Shown one piece after another: positions 1 to 12,346 of a stretch of 64,000 bases of DNA. Numbering within the stretch: the first letter of the stretch is position 1; every line of letters starts with the position of its first letter. Source of the stretch: Octopus vulgaris (Eukaryota); the NCBI GenBank assembly GCA_951406725.2, contig OX597820.1, positions 1,426,001 to 1,490,000 on the forward strand. Direction: 5' to 3'. Both the position numbers and the translations under genes were made by a program. The notes under the pieces are model-generated. The model was given only the letters and a program-made list of their open reading frames with translations, was not told the DNA's origin and did no database searches.

Positions 1-47
<47 letters not shown>
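1..47. repeat. (TTA)n microsatellite
   Basis: Perfect TTA run at window start. Confidence 0.95.
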
Positions 48-51
<4 letters not shown>

Positions 52-692
52 TCACTGCCTGGAATATTGGGGTTAGTAGCAGGCGCTCTTAACCACTAGG
101 CCATATACCCGTGGGCATATGGCATAGTGGTTAACAACTAACAAGATGAGGACAAATATCCATCAAATGTAAATAATGTAAATAATGTAATTAATGTAAA
201 TAATGTAAATAAGTTTATCTGTATTCCACGGCTGTCATTATTTTCCTTACTATTAGAATACATGTGATTTCTGGTTGTGTTCTGTTTGTGTGCGATTAGG
301 CTAGGCTGACATAATGGAGAAACTAAATTCTTCGTTGCTTCGAGGTGTGAAAACAATAAGATATAAACGGGAAAATAATAATAATAAAAAACGGCTGAAC
401 AAAAAATTTGACCCAAATATCTTGACTGCAGAATATGAATTTTCAAAGCCAGTTTGTACAATAAACATAGGAAGAGTTGTGGAAACTTTACAAGAGGTTC
501 GTTAATCTACTGTAAACCTAAAATAACAGAATGAAATTCTAAAAAAGCTTCTTTCTGACGTAAGCTGTTCTTTCATATCTTATCTCGGTTCTCAGACAGG
601 TTTTAATTCTTATTTTGACTCTTGTCTCTCTCCTCTTCTTAAAATCATTTCAAAGGAGACAGGGATTCGTATATTCCGAGAACACTGCCTTA

Positions 693-840
<148 letters not shown>

Positions 841-1008
841 CTGTTGCCTTATTTCATTCATTCGTAGGATGACTGTGTATGTAAGACTATGTCTGCGTTT
901 CTGTTTTGCGATGCCATTCCACACCAATTTAATCTTTGCCGTTTAGATTAACGAACAATCCATCTGCATTGCTACTATTGTATGTTGTTGTTGTTGTTGT
1001 TGTTGTTG

Positions 1009-1046
<38 letters not shown>

Positions 1047-1183
1047 ACCGCTGCTATATTTGTTTGGTCACCAAGCTCTACTTCGTCCCTTGCTGTGCAT
1101 GTTTGACTAGATTATCATTCAGCTTTTCACTTTATCCATACAACTGGCAAGTTTGTCCTTTGTTTAATCATTATCGAATACAT

Positions 1184-1383
1184 GCGTATATATATATATA
1201 TACACACATACATACATATATATGTATTTGTACATACATATATATACATATATGTGTACATACATATATATATATATACATACATACATTCATGTATATG
1301 TATATGTACATACATATATATATACATATATGTGTACATACATATATGTATATATACATACATATATATATATGTGTATGTGT

Positions 1384-1433
<50 letters not shown>
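1184..1433. repeat. Compound (TA/CA/TG)n microsatellite
   Basis: Alternating purine-pyrimidine tract ending in (TG)n. Confidence 0.9.
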
Positions 1434-1435
<2 letters not shown>

Positions 1436-2505
1436 CCATGTGGCTATATGGCTAAAGTGACCGGAAGTGGAGAGTGATAGAAAAAGTGGTTTTTGAAGAC
1501 AAGAGAGTGCAAAAATGACCAATGTGTGTGTGTGTGGTAGTATCTGAGGGAGTGAACAGTTTTACAAAGAACTAGCGAAATAAAAACTAAACTCAAAACT
1601 TGAAATAAAAACAAAAAAAAAGCAAAAAAGAAAACACTTAACTAGATAGCGCATAAGCAATTCGTTAGATACTCAACTGCTTCTGCCATCCACCGCCTTT
1701 GAGGCGGTAATAAAAATAATTTATTTCATTGGTCTAACGTCACAAATTTCTTGAGAAGGAAAGAAAAGATTTAACTGAATCAACGCCACCATAACTTGCT
1801 TATACTCCAGAAGAGTGAAAACTAATATTGACCTTAGATTAAAAAGACGAAACGAAATGCTAAAAGTTATTCAATACGACTCTCTGGTGGTTTTTTTTTT
1901 TTTTTACCACACCCACTCTCTGCTGGAATAGAAATTATAATAATTTATTACCTACTTTGAAAGTCAGAAATAAATTAGAGACAGGAAAGAGGTTTTTGCA
2001 ACATTCATTCATAATTCACGTGATGCGTGGATATCGTTTTGAATTCGGTTCGATCTGGAATCGAAATCAAATCACGAAATCTGATCGCCGAAAGCTAATC
2101 CCTGTTCGATGCAGACCGGAACCCACAATAATAATGGTGAGAGTTCGACTAGGTAAATCTAAATTAAATTAATTTAATAGAAAGTTGATGTAGTAAGAAG
2201 TAAGAGGTGGGGGTCGAATTATGACCCCCTTTTTTTTATGAATGATTTACAGGAAACTGCAGGTGTTCCTGTTTTCATTTACTTCTTTGATATCTGGAGA
2301 TTTTGAGATGACGTTTGCTGGAAAGCATCAGGTCAGAGATATGATGCTGTAGAAGCTAGCAGTAATGATGATGATGATGATGATCATGATGACGACGACG
2401 ACGACGACGAAGGCGATGACATTTGTAATGAGGAAATAGGCTTCAGTATGGCGGCGCTGTAGTCTTTACATACACACACATATATATAACCTATATAGTA
2501 GATAT

Positions 2506-2626
2506 CTATATGCATATATATGTATGTATATTTATATATGTATATATATATATATATATGTATATATATGTATATATATTTATATGTATATATATATGTA
2601 TATATATATATATGTATATATATATG

Positions 2627-2657
<31 letters not shown>

Positions 2658-2715
2658 GTATATATATATATATTATATATATATGTGTGTGTGTATATAT
2701 ATACATATATGTATA

Positions 2716-2767
<52 letters not shown>

Positions 2768-2868
2768 ATATATATATATACATATATATATGTATATACA
2801 TATACATATATATATGTATATATATATACATATATATATGTATATATGTATATGTATATATATGTATA
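2506..2868. repeat. Degenerate (TA)n microsatellite
   Basis: TA/TG tract; a similar tract continues at 3631-3847 on the far side of the LINE fragment. Confidence 0.9.
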
Positions 2869-3630
2869 TGCTGTCATCTGCCTGTTGGCTCTCCTCCTGC
2901 AACTCAACTTGATTTCGAGCCGGGTCGTCTGCTGCTGGAGAGGACCGACCAGGTAAAGGACCTGGGTATCTTGGTCGATTCTTCCTTTTCGCCTTCGGCC
3001 CAGTGCGTCCATGCTGCCAACAAAGCACGCGGAGTTCTGTTTCTAATTCGACAATCATTCGGAATGCTCACAGCAGCCATATTCCTACCGCTCTATGTCA
3101 CGCTGGTGAGACCCATATTGGAGTACGAGATTCAAGCCTCTTCTCCTTATCTCCTCAAAGACATACATCATCTCGAAAGAGTCCAGAAGCTGGCTACCCG
3201 CATGGTTCTTGGTCTCAAAAATGTGTCTTATGAAGAAAGGCTGAAGACGCTCGACCTTTATTCTCTAGAAAAACGACGACGCCGTGGTGATCTCATTCTT
3301 GCTCACAACATCATAAGCGGAAAGTGTAACCTCTCGAAAGAGCTGTTCTTCACTCCTGCTCCAGAGCGTCGGCTGCGGGGTCACTCCGAAAAGTTCAATC
3401 TGCGACGATTTCATCTCAATCGAAGGAGAGAGGCTTTCTCCGTCCGGGTTGCGGTTCCGTGGAATAAGCTACCGGACGAGATAGTGAAGATGCCGACGAC
3501 CGCTCGGCTCAAAGTCTCCCTTGACCAGAAATGGCCTGAACTCTTTGCATGAACACCACCCTGTACATAACTCCATGTCCCCCTACATGGCCTTGCTTTT
3601 TGCTTTTTGAGCCAAAATATTAACTTAACT
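2869..3630 (+). mobile_element. 5'-truncated CR1-clade LINE (RT C-terminus and 3' UTR) inserted in (TA)n
   Basis: Open frame to stop at 3552 with [67 protein letters not shown] motifs; short TTAAC tail. Confidence 0.9.
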
Positions 3631-3846
3631 TATATGTATGTATCTATGTATATATATGTATATATATATATGTATGTATATATATATATGTATATATGTA
3701 TATATATGTATATATGTACATATGTATATATATATGTATATATATATATACGTATATATGTATATATATGTATATATGTATATATGTATATATATATGTA
3801 TATATGTATATATATATATGTGTATAAATATATGTATATGTATATA

Positions 3847-4073
3847 TCGGTGAGATAGCAGAATGTTAGCATGCTGGGCGAAATGCTTTGCGGTATTTCG
3901 TCCGCTGCTGCGTCCTGAGTTCAAATTCCGCCAAGGTCGACTTTGCCTTTCATCCTTTCGGGGTCGATAAATGTTAAGTACCAGTTACACACTGGGATCG
4001 ATGTAATCGACTTAATCCGTTTGTCTGTCCTTGTTTGTCCCCTCTGTGTTTAGCCCCTTGTGGGTAGTAAAGA

Positions 4074-4075
<2 letters not shown>
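3847..4075 (+). mobile_element. tRNA-derived SINE, family A (Deu/Nin-like core GCCTTTCATCCTTTCGGGGTCGATAAA)
   Basis: A-box-like TAGCAGAATGTTAGC, B-box-like GAGTTCAAATTCC; many copies in the window. Confidence 0.85.
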
Positions 4076-4144
<69 letters not shown>

Positions 4145-4479
4145 GTGTATATATATATATGTATATATATATATATGTATATATATATGTATATACATAT
4201 GTATATGTATATATATATGTATATGTATATATGTATATATGTATATATATATATGTGTATACATGTATATATATATATAAATGTTCTCCCAGTAAGTTTT
4301 TTATATATAATTATGACGCGAAACTCTGTAACCCTTTGCTTGACCTTCCCTTCCTTCCTGTCTGTCTTCCTCTCTTCTGTTTCTCTCCTTCTAATTTTTC
4401 CCCCTCTCTGGTTTCCTTTCCTCTCTATCTCTCTCTCCCTCTCTCTCACTCCTCCTCATCTCTCTCGCAGCCTCCTACA

Positions 4480-5005
4480 AGTGAACATGTTTTTTCCTGC
4501 GCTCGTGAATTTTTCCTCGTCTAGGCTTAAAGGCCCTCATTGTTTGTTTCCCTGTCCTGTTTTTATTCCTTCTTGTACTGTATTTTTTTGTATTTGTATT
4601 TTTATTTTGTATTTGTTTTTTATTTGTATTGTTTTTACGTCCTGTTTTTGTCACATTTTTTTCTTTCCTTGTTTTTACCCCTCTGCAAAGGAATTTTATT
4701 TAATTCTTTCGCAGGAAGGGCTAGTTCGACGAGTCGTGTTCTGTCCTCACCTTCGAAACACGCATGGAGTCGAACTAGGGACAGCTGATGAAGGGGAATT
4801 TTCCTTGTGTAGTTTGTCTTGTACTTTTCGTTGTTAAAAAAGGTCCGTTTCCATGTTTGTTTTTACGTTTTCGTTTCTCGTTGAGTTCTACGTCTATTTG
4901 TGGTGTCCTGTACTCACGTATATATATTTATATATGCATGTATATATACATGTAGATGTAGGTACGTACATATATGTATGTATGCATATATTTTATTTAT
5001 CATAT
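4480..5005 (+). mobile_element. Non-coding T-rich dispersed element (putative Penelope-like 3' end) carrying a permuted hammerhead
   Basis: 3' part recurs at ~19225-19385; ends in (TA)n; boundaries approximate. Confidence 0.55.
4721..4806 (+). ncRNA. Putative non-circularly permuted hammerhead ribozyme
   Basis: P0 CUAGUUCGAC/GUCGAACUAG; P3 CGUGU/ACACG with GAAA 4755-4758; GUU site; P1 CUGUCC/GGACAG; CUGAUGA 4785-4791; P2 hairpin AGGGGA/UUCCUU. Confidence 0.7.
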
Positions 5006-5430
5006 TATATGTATATATATATACGTATATATATATATGTATATGTATATGTGTATGTATATGCATGTGTATATATATATCTATACATATATATATCTAT
5101 ATATCTATACATGTATATATCTATATATGTATATGTATATATGTATATGTGTATATATATGTATATGTATATGTTTATATGTATATGTATATGTATATAT
5201 ATATGGAAATATTAAAATTACTAAGTCTCTTTAAAAGAGATTACGACAGCGTTTCTGGAAATTAATAGTTATCGCCATATTAATATGGCAGTCTTAAAAA
5301 TAAGAATAAAGCTGTCGCTGATTAGCTCCATGAAGCCATCGCCTCAAGCTAGCTACATGACACACAAACTGCGTCCGTTATTAAACCTTCGAACAGGGGA
5401 GGTCGGCCGCTTCAACCTGCTAGTCCGACA

Positions 5431-5473
5431 GCTACAGACATGTTTCAGGGTTGTTGCCCCTTCTCAATGCAGC
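5431..5473 (-). ncRNA. Minimal type I hammerhead ribozyme (U3-A8 core variant), copy 1
   Basis: Minus strand GCUGCA-UUGAGAA-GGGG(CAACAA)CCCU-GAAAC-AU-GUC-UGUAGC; palindromic stem III ACAUGU. Confidence 0.8.
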
Positions 5474-5789
5474 GTAGTCAGACCTGCAGGTGACGCTACT
5501 GACCGTCTCTGTTCGAAGATTTTACCTAGTTACGGTGGAATACATCCACTTGTTTTCAATAATAGAAATATTAAAATTACTAAGTCTCTTTAAAAGAGAT
5601 TACGACAGCGTTTCTGGAAATTAATAGTTATCGCCATACTAATATGGCATTCTTAAAAATAAGAATAAAGCTGTCGCTGATTAGCACCATGAAGCCATCG
5701 CCTCAAGCTAGCTACATGACACACAAACTGCGTCCGTTATTAAACCTTCGAACAGGGGAGGTCGGCCGCTTCAACCTGCTAGTCCGACA

Positions 5790-5832
5790 GCTACAGACAT
5801 GTTTCAGGGTTGTTGCCCCTTCTCAATGCAGC
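5790..5832 (-). ncRNA. Minimal type I hammerhead ribozyme (U3-A8 core variant), copy 2
   Basis: Identical to copy 1, offset 359 bp. Confidence 0.8.
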
Positions 5833-6342
5833 GTAGTCAGACCTGCAGGTGACGCTACTGACCGTCTCTGTTCGAAGATTTTACCTAGTTACGGTGGAAT
5901 ACATCCACTTGTTTTCAATAATAGAAATATTAAAATTACTAAGTCTCTTTAAAAGAGATTACGACAGCGTTTCTGGAAATTAATAGTTATCGCCATACTA
6001 ATATGGCATTCTTAAAAATAAGAATAAAGCTGTCGCTGATTAGCTCCATGAAGCCATCGCCTCAAGCTAGCTAATCAGCGACAGCTTTACTCTTATTTTT
6101 AAGAATGCCATATTAGTATGGCGATAACTATATATATATGTATATGTATATATATGTATATATATATATGTATATATGTATATATATATATATGTGTATA
6201 TATGTATATATATGTAATTATATGTATGTAGGTAGGTAGGTATGTATTATATACATGTATGCATGTATGTAAATGTATATGTATGTATATATTGCGTATG
6301 TATATGTACATATGTATTTATTGTCTATGTGTATATGTGTGC

Positions 6343-6374
<32 letters not shown>

Positions 6375-6772
6375 GCACACATACACACGCATGAGCACAC
6401 ACATACACACACGTGTATGTATGAGTATATTTAATAGTGGACCTTACCGTTGCATAAAACGCCGCCATGTAATGCAACGCTACACACTCGATCATGTCGT
6501 CTGCTTCCTTTTTGTCTCCTCTTCCTCTTCCTCCCTCCTACCCCTCAAATGGCGGGGGTTAACCGCAGACAGGATGCAGAGGTGACATCTCAGGTGAAAC
6601 TCGTACCTGTACAGAATTACTTCTTTTTTTACTGCTCTTCGTTAAAAGACAGGTTTTATTTAACTGTTTTTCGGTTTTTGTTTGCTTCTTATTTTGTTTT
6701 GTTTTTTGTCTCCAATCAGGAAAAGTGAATGCAGACAACATATTTCTAATTGCCAACTGCATATTTGCCCTG

Positions 6773-6773
6773 T

Positions 6774-6818
<45 letters not shown>

Positions 6819-7050
6819 GTTGTCGATGTTGTCACTTAACGTCCACTTTTCCCTATCGATATGAGTCCGACAGAATTTCGTTAGAGCAGATTTTCTGTCG
6901 TCAACCTGTCGTCAACCTTCACCTGTTTCCTTCTAATTAAGGTGATGTTTCTCATTGGCCAGATACCTTCTTTACAGAACACTGGAAACGAGCAGCCTTT
7001 GTTGTATGACGGTGATGCTCATTTACGACCATCGCGTGATGTTTGAACAA
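6773..7050 (-). mobile_element. Degenerate SINE with RTE-like tail and (GAT)n end
   Basis: (CAT)n followed by TTAACGTCCACTTTTCC, the tail also seen at 32838, 44130 and 49815. Confidence 0.55.
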
Positions 7051-7649
7051 GGGTACTCACACACACATACACACATATACATAGCCAAATTTACATAGAT
7101 TCAGAAAGATAAACACGTGCGTAAAGATGCACACACACACACATACATACACACACACACGCACTCACATAGAACATATATGTATATATAGAACATAAAA
7201 AATACAGAAAACTACGAAGAGATTGCATAATTTATTAACTCGGCAGCTGTTTCAGGAAATCCGGAGTTACGTAATAGTCGTAATATTCACGATATGCATA
7301 CGGAATATACAAAACGTCTTCGGTATGCTACAAGTAAACGGTCACGAGGAGATATTACAATACGTTCGGCTACCCTCGTCAAGAGAAAGCTGGCAAAATT
7401 GGCTGACAGTAATGCCAGAGATTTAAACAGTTGGAGGAAACGAGAAGGAAGAATAATAACAGCAGTCAGGAAGAAGAAGGAGAATAGATATAATGTAAGG
7501 AAGAGGAACAGAGACAGAAAAGAAGGCGTAAAAGGTAGTGGGGGGGAGATATATTGTATACCTTGGGTGTACATTTAGATTTACGATCGCAACTGTTGAA
7601 TGTAAAGATCCGCGTAAATTATCGTCGTCCAGTCTGCTTCCAGTTTAGT

Positions 7650-7860
7650 GGTTTGGTTATTACAACAGCTTGAATTTCAAGGAACCACAGCTCTTCAATA
7701 TCCTCCAAACAAGCCTGAGAGACCTACATGGGGTGGATGTAGGTGTCTTCATTGCAAAATTAGATCGCCACCTGTCAAGAGTTCCGGATGAACCTACCTC
7801 GCAGCAGGAAATGCAGATGAGAGCAACATCAAATTCCCTAATTTACCACGTGCTACATAT
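7650..7860 (+). pseudogene. CR1-like LINE ORF2 C-terminal remnant
   Basis: FKEPQLFNILQTSLRDL..FIAKLDRHLSRVPDEP. Confidence 0.7.
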
Positions 7861-8477
7861 CGGAGCAAGGATGAAATAGTCATAATTCTTCACCGTTTTA
7901 TACAAACAGACATGTATATAACACCAGCCATCTGATTCTATGAGTGACGTCATCAACAGACCTCCACAGATGGCAGTGTTTCAACAATATACATAGTACT
8001 TCTTAAAATCATTAAAAAGAAGTCTTGAAGACAGTAATACACAGAGGATAATGTAGAGTCTGATGCATAACTAACTGGCCCTCCGTCGGTTACGACGACG
8101 AGAGTTCCAGCTGATCCGATCGACGGAACAGCGTGCCCGTGAAATTAACGTGAAAATGGCTGAGCCCTCCACAGACACGCGTGCCCTTCGCGTAGTTCTC
8201 GGGGAGATTCAGTGTGACACAGAATGTGCGTTAAGCAACGTATTCTGGGGAGGGGAAAAGACGGATGGTCACTGCTTGAATGCTTTGAATACCTTTAACC
8301 CTAGGTTTACTCGATTAGAGCTCACATGTGGGTTTCGAAACTCAACAGCAAATTGCTGCCTTCCCAGCCATATCTGCGACAGTTGGCGAAAAGGAGAGCG
8401 AGCAATTGCAACAACTTACAAGCATTTTGTGTCTGGTATGTGCAGTGTGTTAGTGACAATAACGTACCACACTGCTA

Positions 8478-8616
8478 CCATCATCACCATCATCATTAAC
8501 ATCATCGTCGTCGTCGTTGTCGTCACCATCGTCACCATCTTTCGTCATCATCACCACCACCACCATCATCGTTATCTTTCATCATCCTCTTTCATCATGT
8601 TCATCATCATCATCAA

Positions 8617-8677
<61 letters not shown>

Positions 8678-8720
8678 GTCGTCATCATCATCATCCTCAC
8701 CATCGTCCTTACCATCATCA
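8478..8720. repeat. (CAT/CAC/CGT)n trinucleotide tract
   Basis: Source of poly-I/H/S ORFs. Confidence 0.9.
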
Positions 8721-9216
8721 TTTTCATTTTCTATGTACTCAGTCGCTCGATCTGCTCAATTTAGCAGCTAAAACATTTCTTGCCATATCTGAATATTGTG
8801 GGATGGTCACACCCGCCTCTCGTTTTTTCAAGAACATTTCTGAAAGGGAAATTTTACAACCAAGAAACAAACACACCCACCTCCACCGCCCCCACTGCTA
8901 TCCCTTACTTACCTGCGATTCCTCACTCTACGATGTTTGGCATAGAAACATAATAACCAGATTATCTCAAGTAAGCGAAGCATTTAGCAGCAAATTGCAC
9001 AGAAAGTAAAGATTGCAAAGTAGCGTCTTCCACAATAATAGCAAAACAATTTTTGCACTGAGACATTTGCTAGAAATTGTGGGGTTTTGAGTGGAAGAGA
9101 ATTAAAATCAAGTGAATGAGAATCAGAAAGTAAGGGATAACAGAAATAGTGAAACTCAACGTTCGTTCGTAAGTACCTGGTAGTGTACGGTTTTAAATGG
9201 TTGTAGTATGTGACTT

Positions 9217-9266
<50 letters not shown>

Positions 9267-9337
9267 ATATTTCGGAATGGTCATATTGCCAGTTTAGCCA
9301 AATATTTAAACGTATATATATATATATATATATATAT

Positions 9338-9800
<463 letters not shown>

Positions 9801-9818
9801 CATGTATATATATATACG

Positions 9819-9858
<40 letters not shown>

Positions 9859-9859
<1 letters not shown>

Positions 9860-10237
9860 TAGCAGTATCGCCCGGCGTTGCTCAGGTTTGTAAGGGAAAT
9901 AACTATAAAGCATTTTTAGAGAGTTATAGCCAAAAAATAGCAAAAAAATGGGAAAAAATTATGGTAAATTTTTTTTTGAGAGTTAAAAAAGGTGGAGTTG
10001 CGTCCCCTAGACAGTTTGTGCTTTGTGTTTCTGATTCTCGACCCCATGTCGAATTTATCGATTTTTTTCAGAACTGGGGGAACTTTTCAAAATTTTCGCT
10101 GCGTTAGTTTTGAATTATGACATTGGGCTATGTGTGTGTCAAGTTTCATCAGAATCGGTTGAAAGCCGTGGTCAGGGTGAGGGTACAACCTAACAGACAC
10201 ACAGAAACACACACAGACAAACTGCCGTTTATATAGA
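9859..10237 (-). mobile_element. Non-autonomous Helitron
   Basis: 5' TCTATATAAA; 3' GC hairpin (CCTGAGCAACGCCGGG) then CTGCTAG; A|T insertion in (TA)n. Confidence 0.8.
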
Positions 10238-10619
10238 TATATATATATATATATATCATTTTCGTCACTGGAAAAAGGATATATGTATTTGCATTGGGAC
10301 CCCTTCGCATCGAAGACCGGTGATTGTCGTGCGATGCTGAGGAGGGAGATGCCCGACAGCGGCAGTGATACAGGGATGCCGCGCGTATCACGTCAGGTCG
10401 ACGATGGTAAGGGTGGCTTCTCTTTCCAAATACTGATAGGGCACAGAAAGTGTGTCAATAGCCAGCTGGAGAAGGTGTTCTCCTGGGGCTACAAGCTACA
10501 GTAGCATCCACCCTTAGTGGTTAGCCACATTTAAGTGGCAAATATACTTCACATTGTCGTGCAGCTACTGTTTATACCTCGTTCAGAGATTTATTATTGC
10601 TTACATATATATATATGTA

Positions 10620-11225
10620 CAGGGTGGGGCAGAGAGGACGGGCGTGTTGGAAAAATTCTCAAAATCATTAAGTTTAGGTGCAAATATATTTTATTGACAT
10701 CAATGTGTTTGTATTGAATTAGCATTTGTTAAAATTAAGTGTAGAAAATAACATCCATGATGTGGTGTCTGTTTTCATTGATGCATTTCTGAAAACTTGT
10801 CTCACACGTTCCACATTTTCCGGGGTCTGTACCGTTCGTAGCGCTCCCACCGGTCTCCTATTCATTAGTGTACCTCGTGTACCTGGTTGTCTCTGATATG
10901 AACGGCATCTTTGCATTATCTTCAGCAGTAACAAGAAAACGAGGCTAGAACAAGATTGTATTACGAGTGGAAACAGCCTGATTTTGGTGAATGTTGAAGT
11001 GGCACCGAAACTCACGCTAAACTGCTGTGACAGATTCATTATTCTTCACGTAACTGTCGTAGGCAAACACGCGATGCTCTATCGTCCACAGTGCCATGAC
11101 TTCACCTGAAAAGAAAAAGAATGCTAAGACACCACGGACCAAATGGTGCCTGTCAGACATATGTCCCTCCCCTGGGGCTGAGTAAGAGCCATTGCAAAAA
11201 CGTCCGTCCTCTCTGCCCCACCCTG
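10620..11225 (-). mobile_element. Internally deleted Tc1/mariner element (DD41D-like N-terminus)
   Basis: 22-bp TIR CAGGGTGGGGCAGAGAGGACGG, TA flanks; remnants MALWTIEHRVFAYDSYVKNNESVTAV and RTVQTPENVERVR. Confidence 0.85.
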
Positions 11226-11399
11226 TATATATGTATATATATATATATATATGTGTGTGTCTATGCACGAATGAATGTATGCATATATTTAAGTGTATGT
11301 ATGTCACACACACACACATACACACACATATATATGTATATATATATATAGGTGTGTGTATATATATATGTATGTATGTATTTTATACACACACACACA

Positions 11400-11650
11400 T
11401 ATTATTTCCTCTTCTCCCTAGCTCTCATGTCTAACCACCTCTGTCTGGCCATTGCCTTGATTGATCGCTAGCCATTAAACCCCCTTTTTTACTCTCCCTG
11501 TTTATTTTCTCGAGTTCCTTTCTGCTGAAGAGCGCAGGCTCGAAACGTAAAAGACTTTCTCACCTTTCCGAGAGTCAAACTAATACACCTGCTCGTTGTT
11601 TACACACCCGTCTTCGTCTTTTTTTTTGGGGGGGGGGGTAAATTCCAGTT
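11400..11650 (+). mobile_element. Penelope-like 3'-end repeat with minimal HHR-like motif (11518-11553)
   Basis: CUUU-CUGCUGAA-GAGC(GCAG)GCUC-GAAAC-GUA-AAAG; homologs at 19681-19868(-), 25060-25135(+, partial), 48782-48958(-). Confidence 0.65.
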
Positions 11651-11719
11651 TATATACATACATACATACATACATTCACATATATATACATATATATATA
11701 TACATTCACATATATATAC

Positions 11720-11768
<49 letters not shown>

Positions 11769-11804
11769 CATATATATATACATTCACATATATATATATA
11801 TATA

Positions 11805-12313
11805 TATATATAAAACTGTAGTTGTGTGAGTGTCTGTCCCCTTCGATTTAGATTCCTAACTACTCCCACATTTTGCGGTGCAGTTTAACCAAAATCGGGT
11901 ATCTTATAGTCGTGATTCATATCGAACCCGTCTGGGTATTAGCGCGCGTCTACGATGAGTCTACGATTTAAAAAATAATTTAACATCATTTTTTATTCCA
12001 TTTTAATGCATAATTTTTCGTGTGTCGATGGCGGCGGAGTTGGCATCCATGGTCACACCTGCACCTGTTTGCTTCTCCCCCTTCTTCCCTCCCTCGTGAA
12101 GCTGTGGGGAAGGGAGTGTAAGGAAATCAACGTCGTAAAGCGTTGTCAAGGAGACCAGCGTTCTTTTAGAACAACGACTTCATGGCTTGAAGACACCAAA
12201 ACAGAAATGGCTAAGAAAGCCCGAATTGGCATCTATAAGGGAAGTAACTCTCTAAAAATGCTTATATAGTTATTTCCCTTACAAATCCGAGCAACGCCGG
12301 ACGATACTGCTAG
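11805..12313 (+). mobile_element. Non-autonomous Helitron
   Basis: 5' TATATAAAACTG merged into (TA)n; 3' TCCGAGCAACGCCGGA hairpin then CTGCTAG|T; last ~65 bp shared with the 9859 element. Confidence 0.8.

Positions 12314-12342
<29 letters not shown>

Positions 12343-12346
<4 letters not shown>

Larger units (their letters stand above)
5206..6131 (-). mobile_element. 359-bp tandem repeat (~2.4 copies) with terminal inversion; retrozyme-like / Penelope pseudo-LTR-like element
   Basis: Units start 5206, 5565, 5924, nearly identical; ~6070-6131 is an inverted copy of part of the unit; one HHR per full unit; flanked by (TA)n. Confidence 0.85.

Noticed and set aside
5285-5952. Duplicated 102-aa ORFs
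   Set aside because: No recognisable domain; antisense to the ribozyme; explained by the tandem repeat
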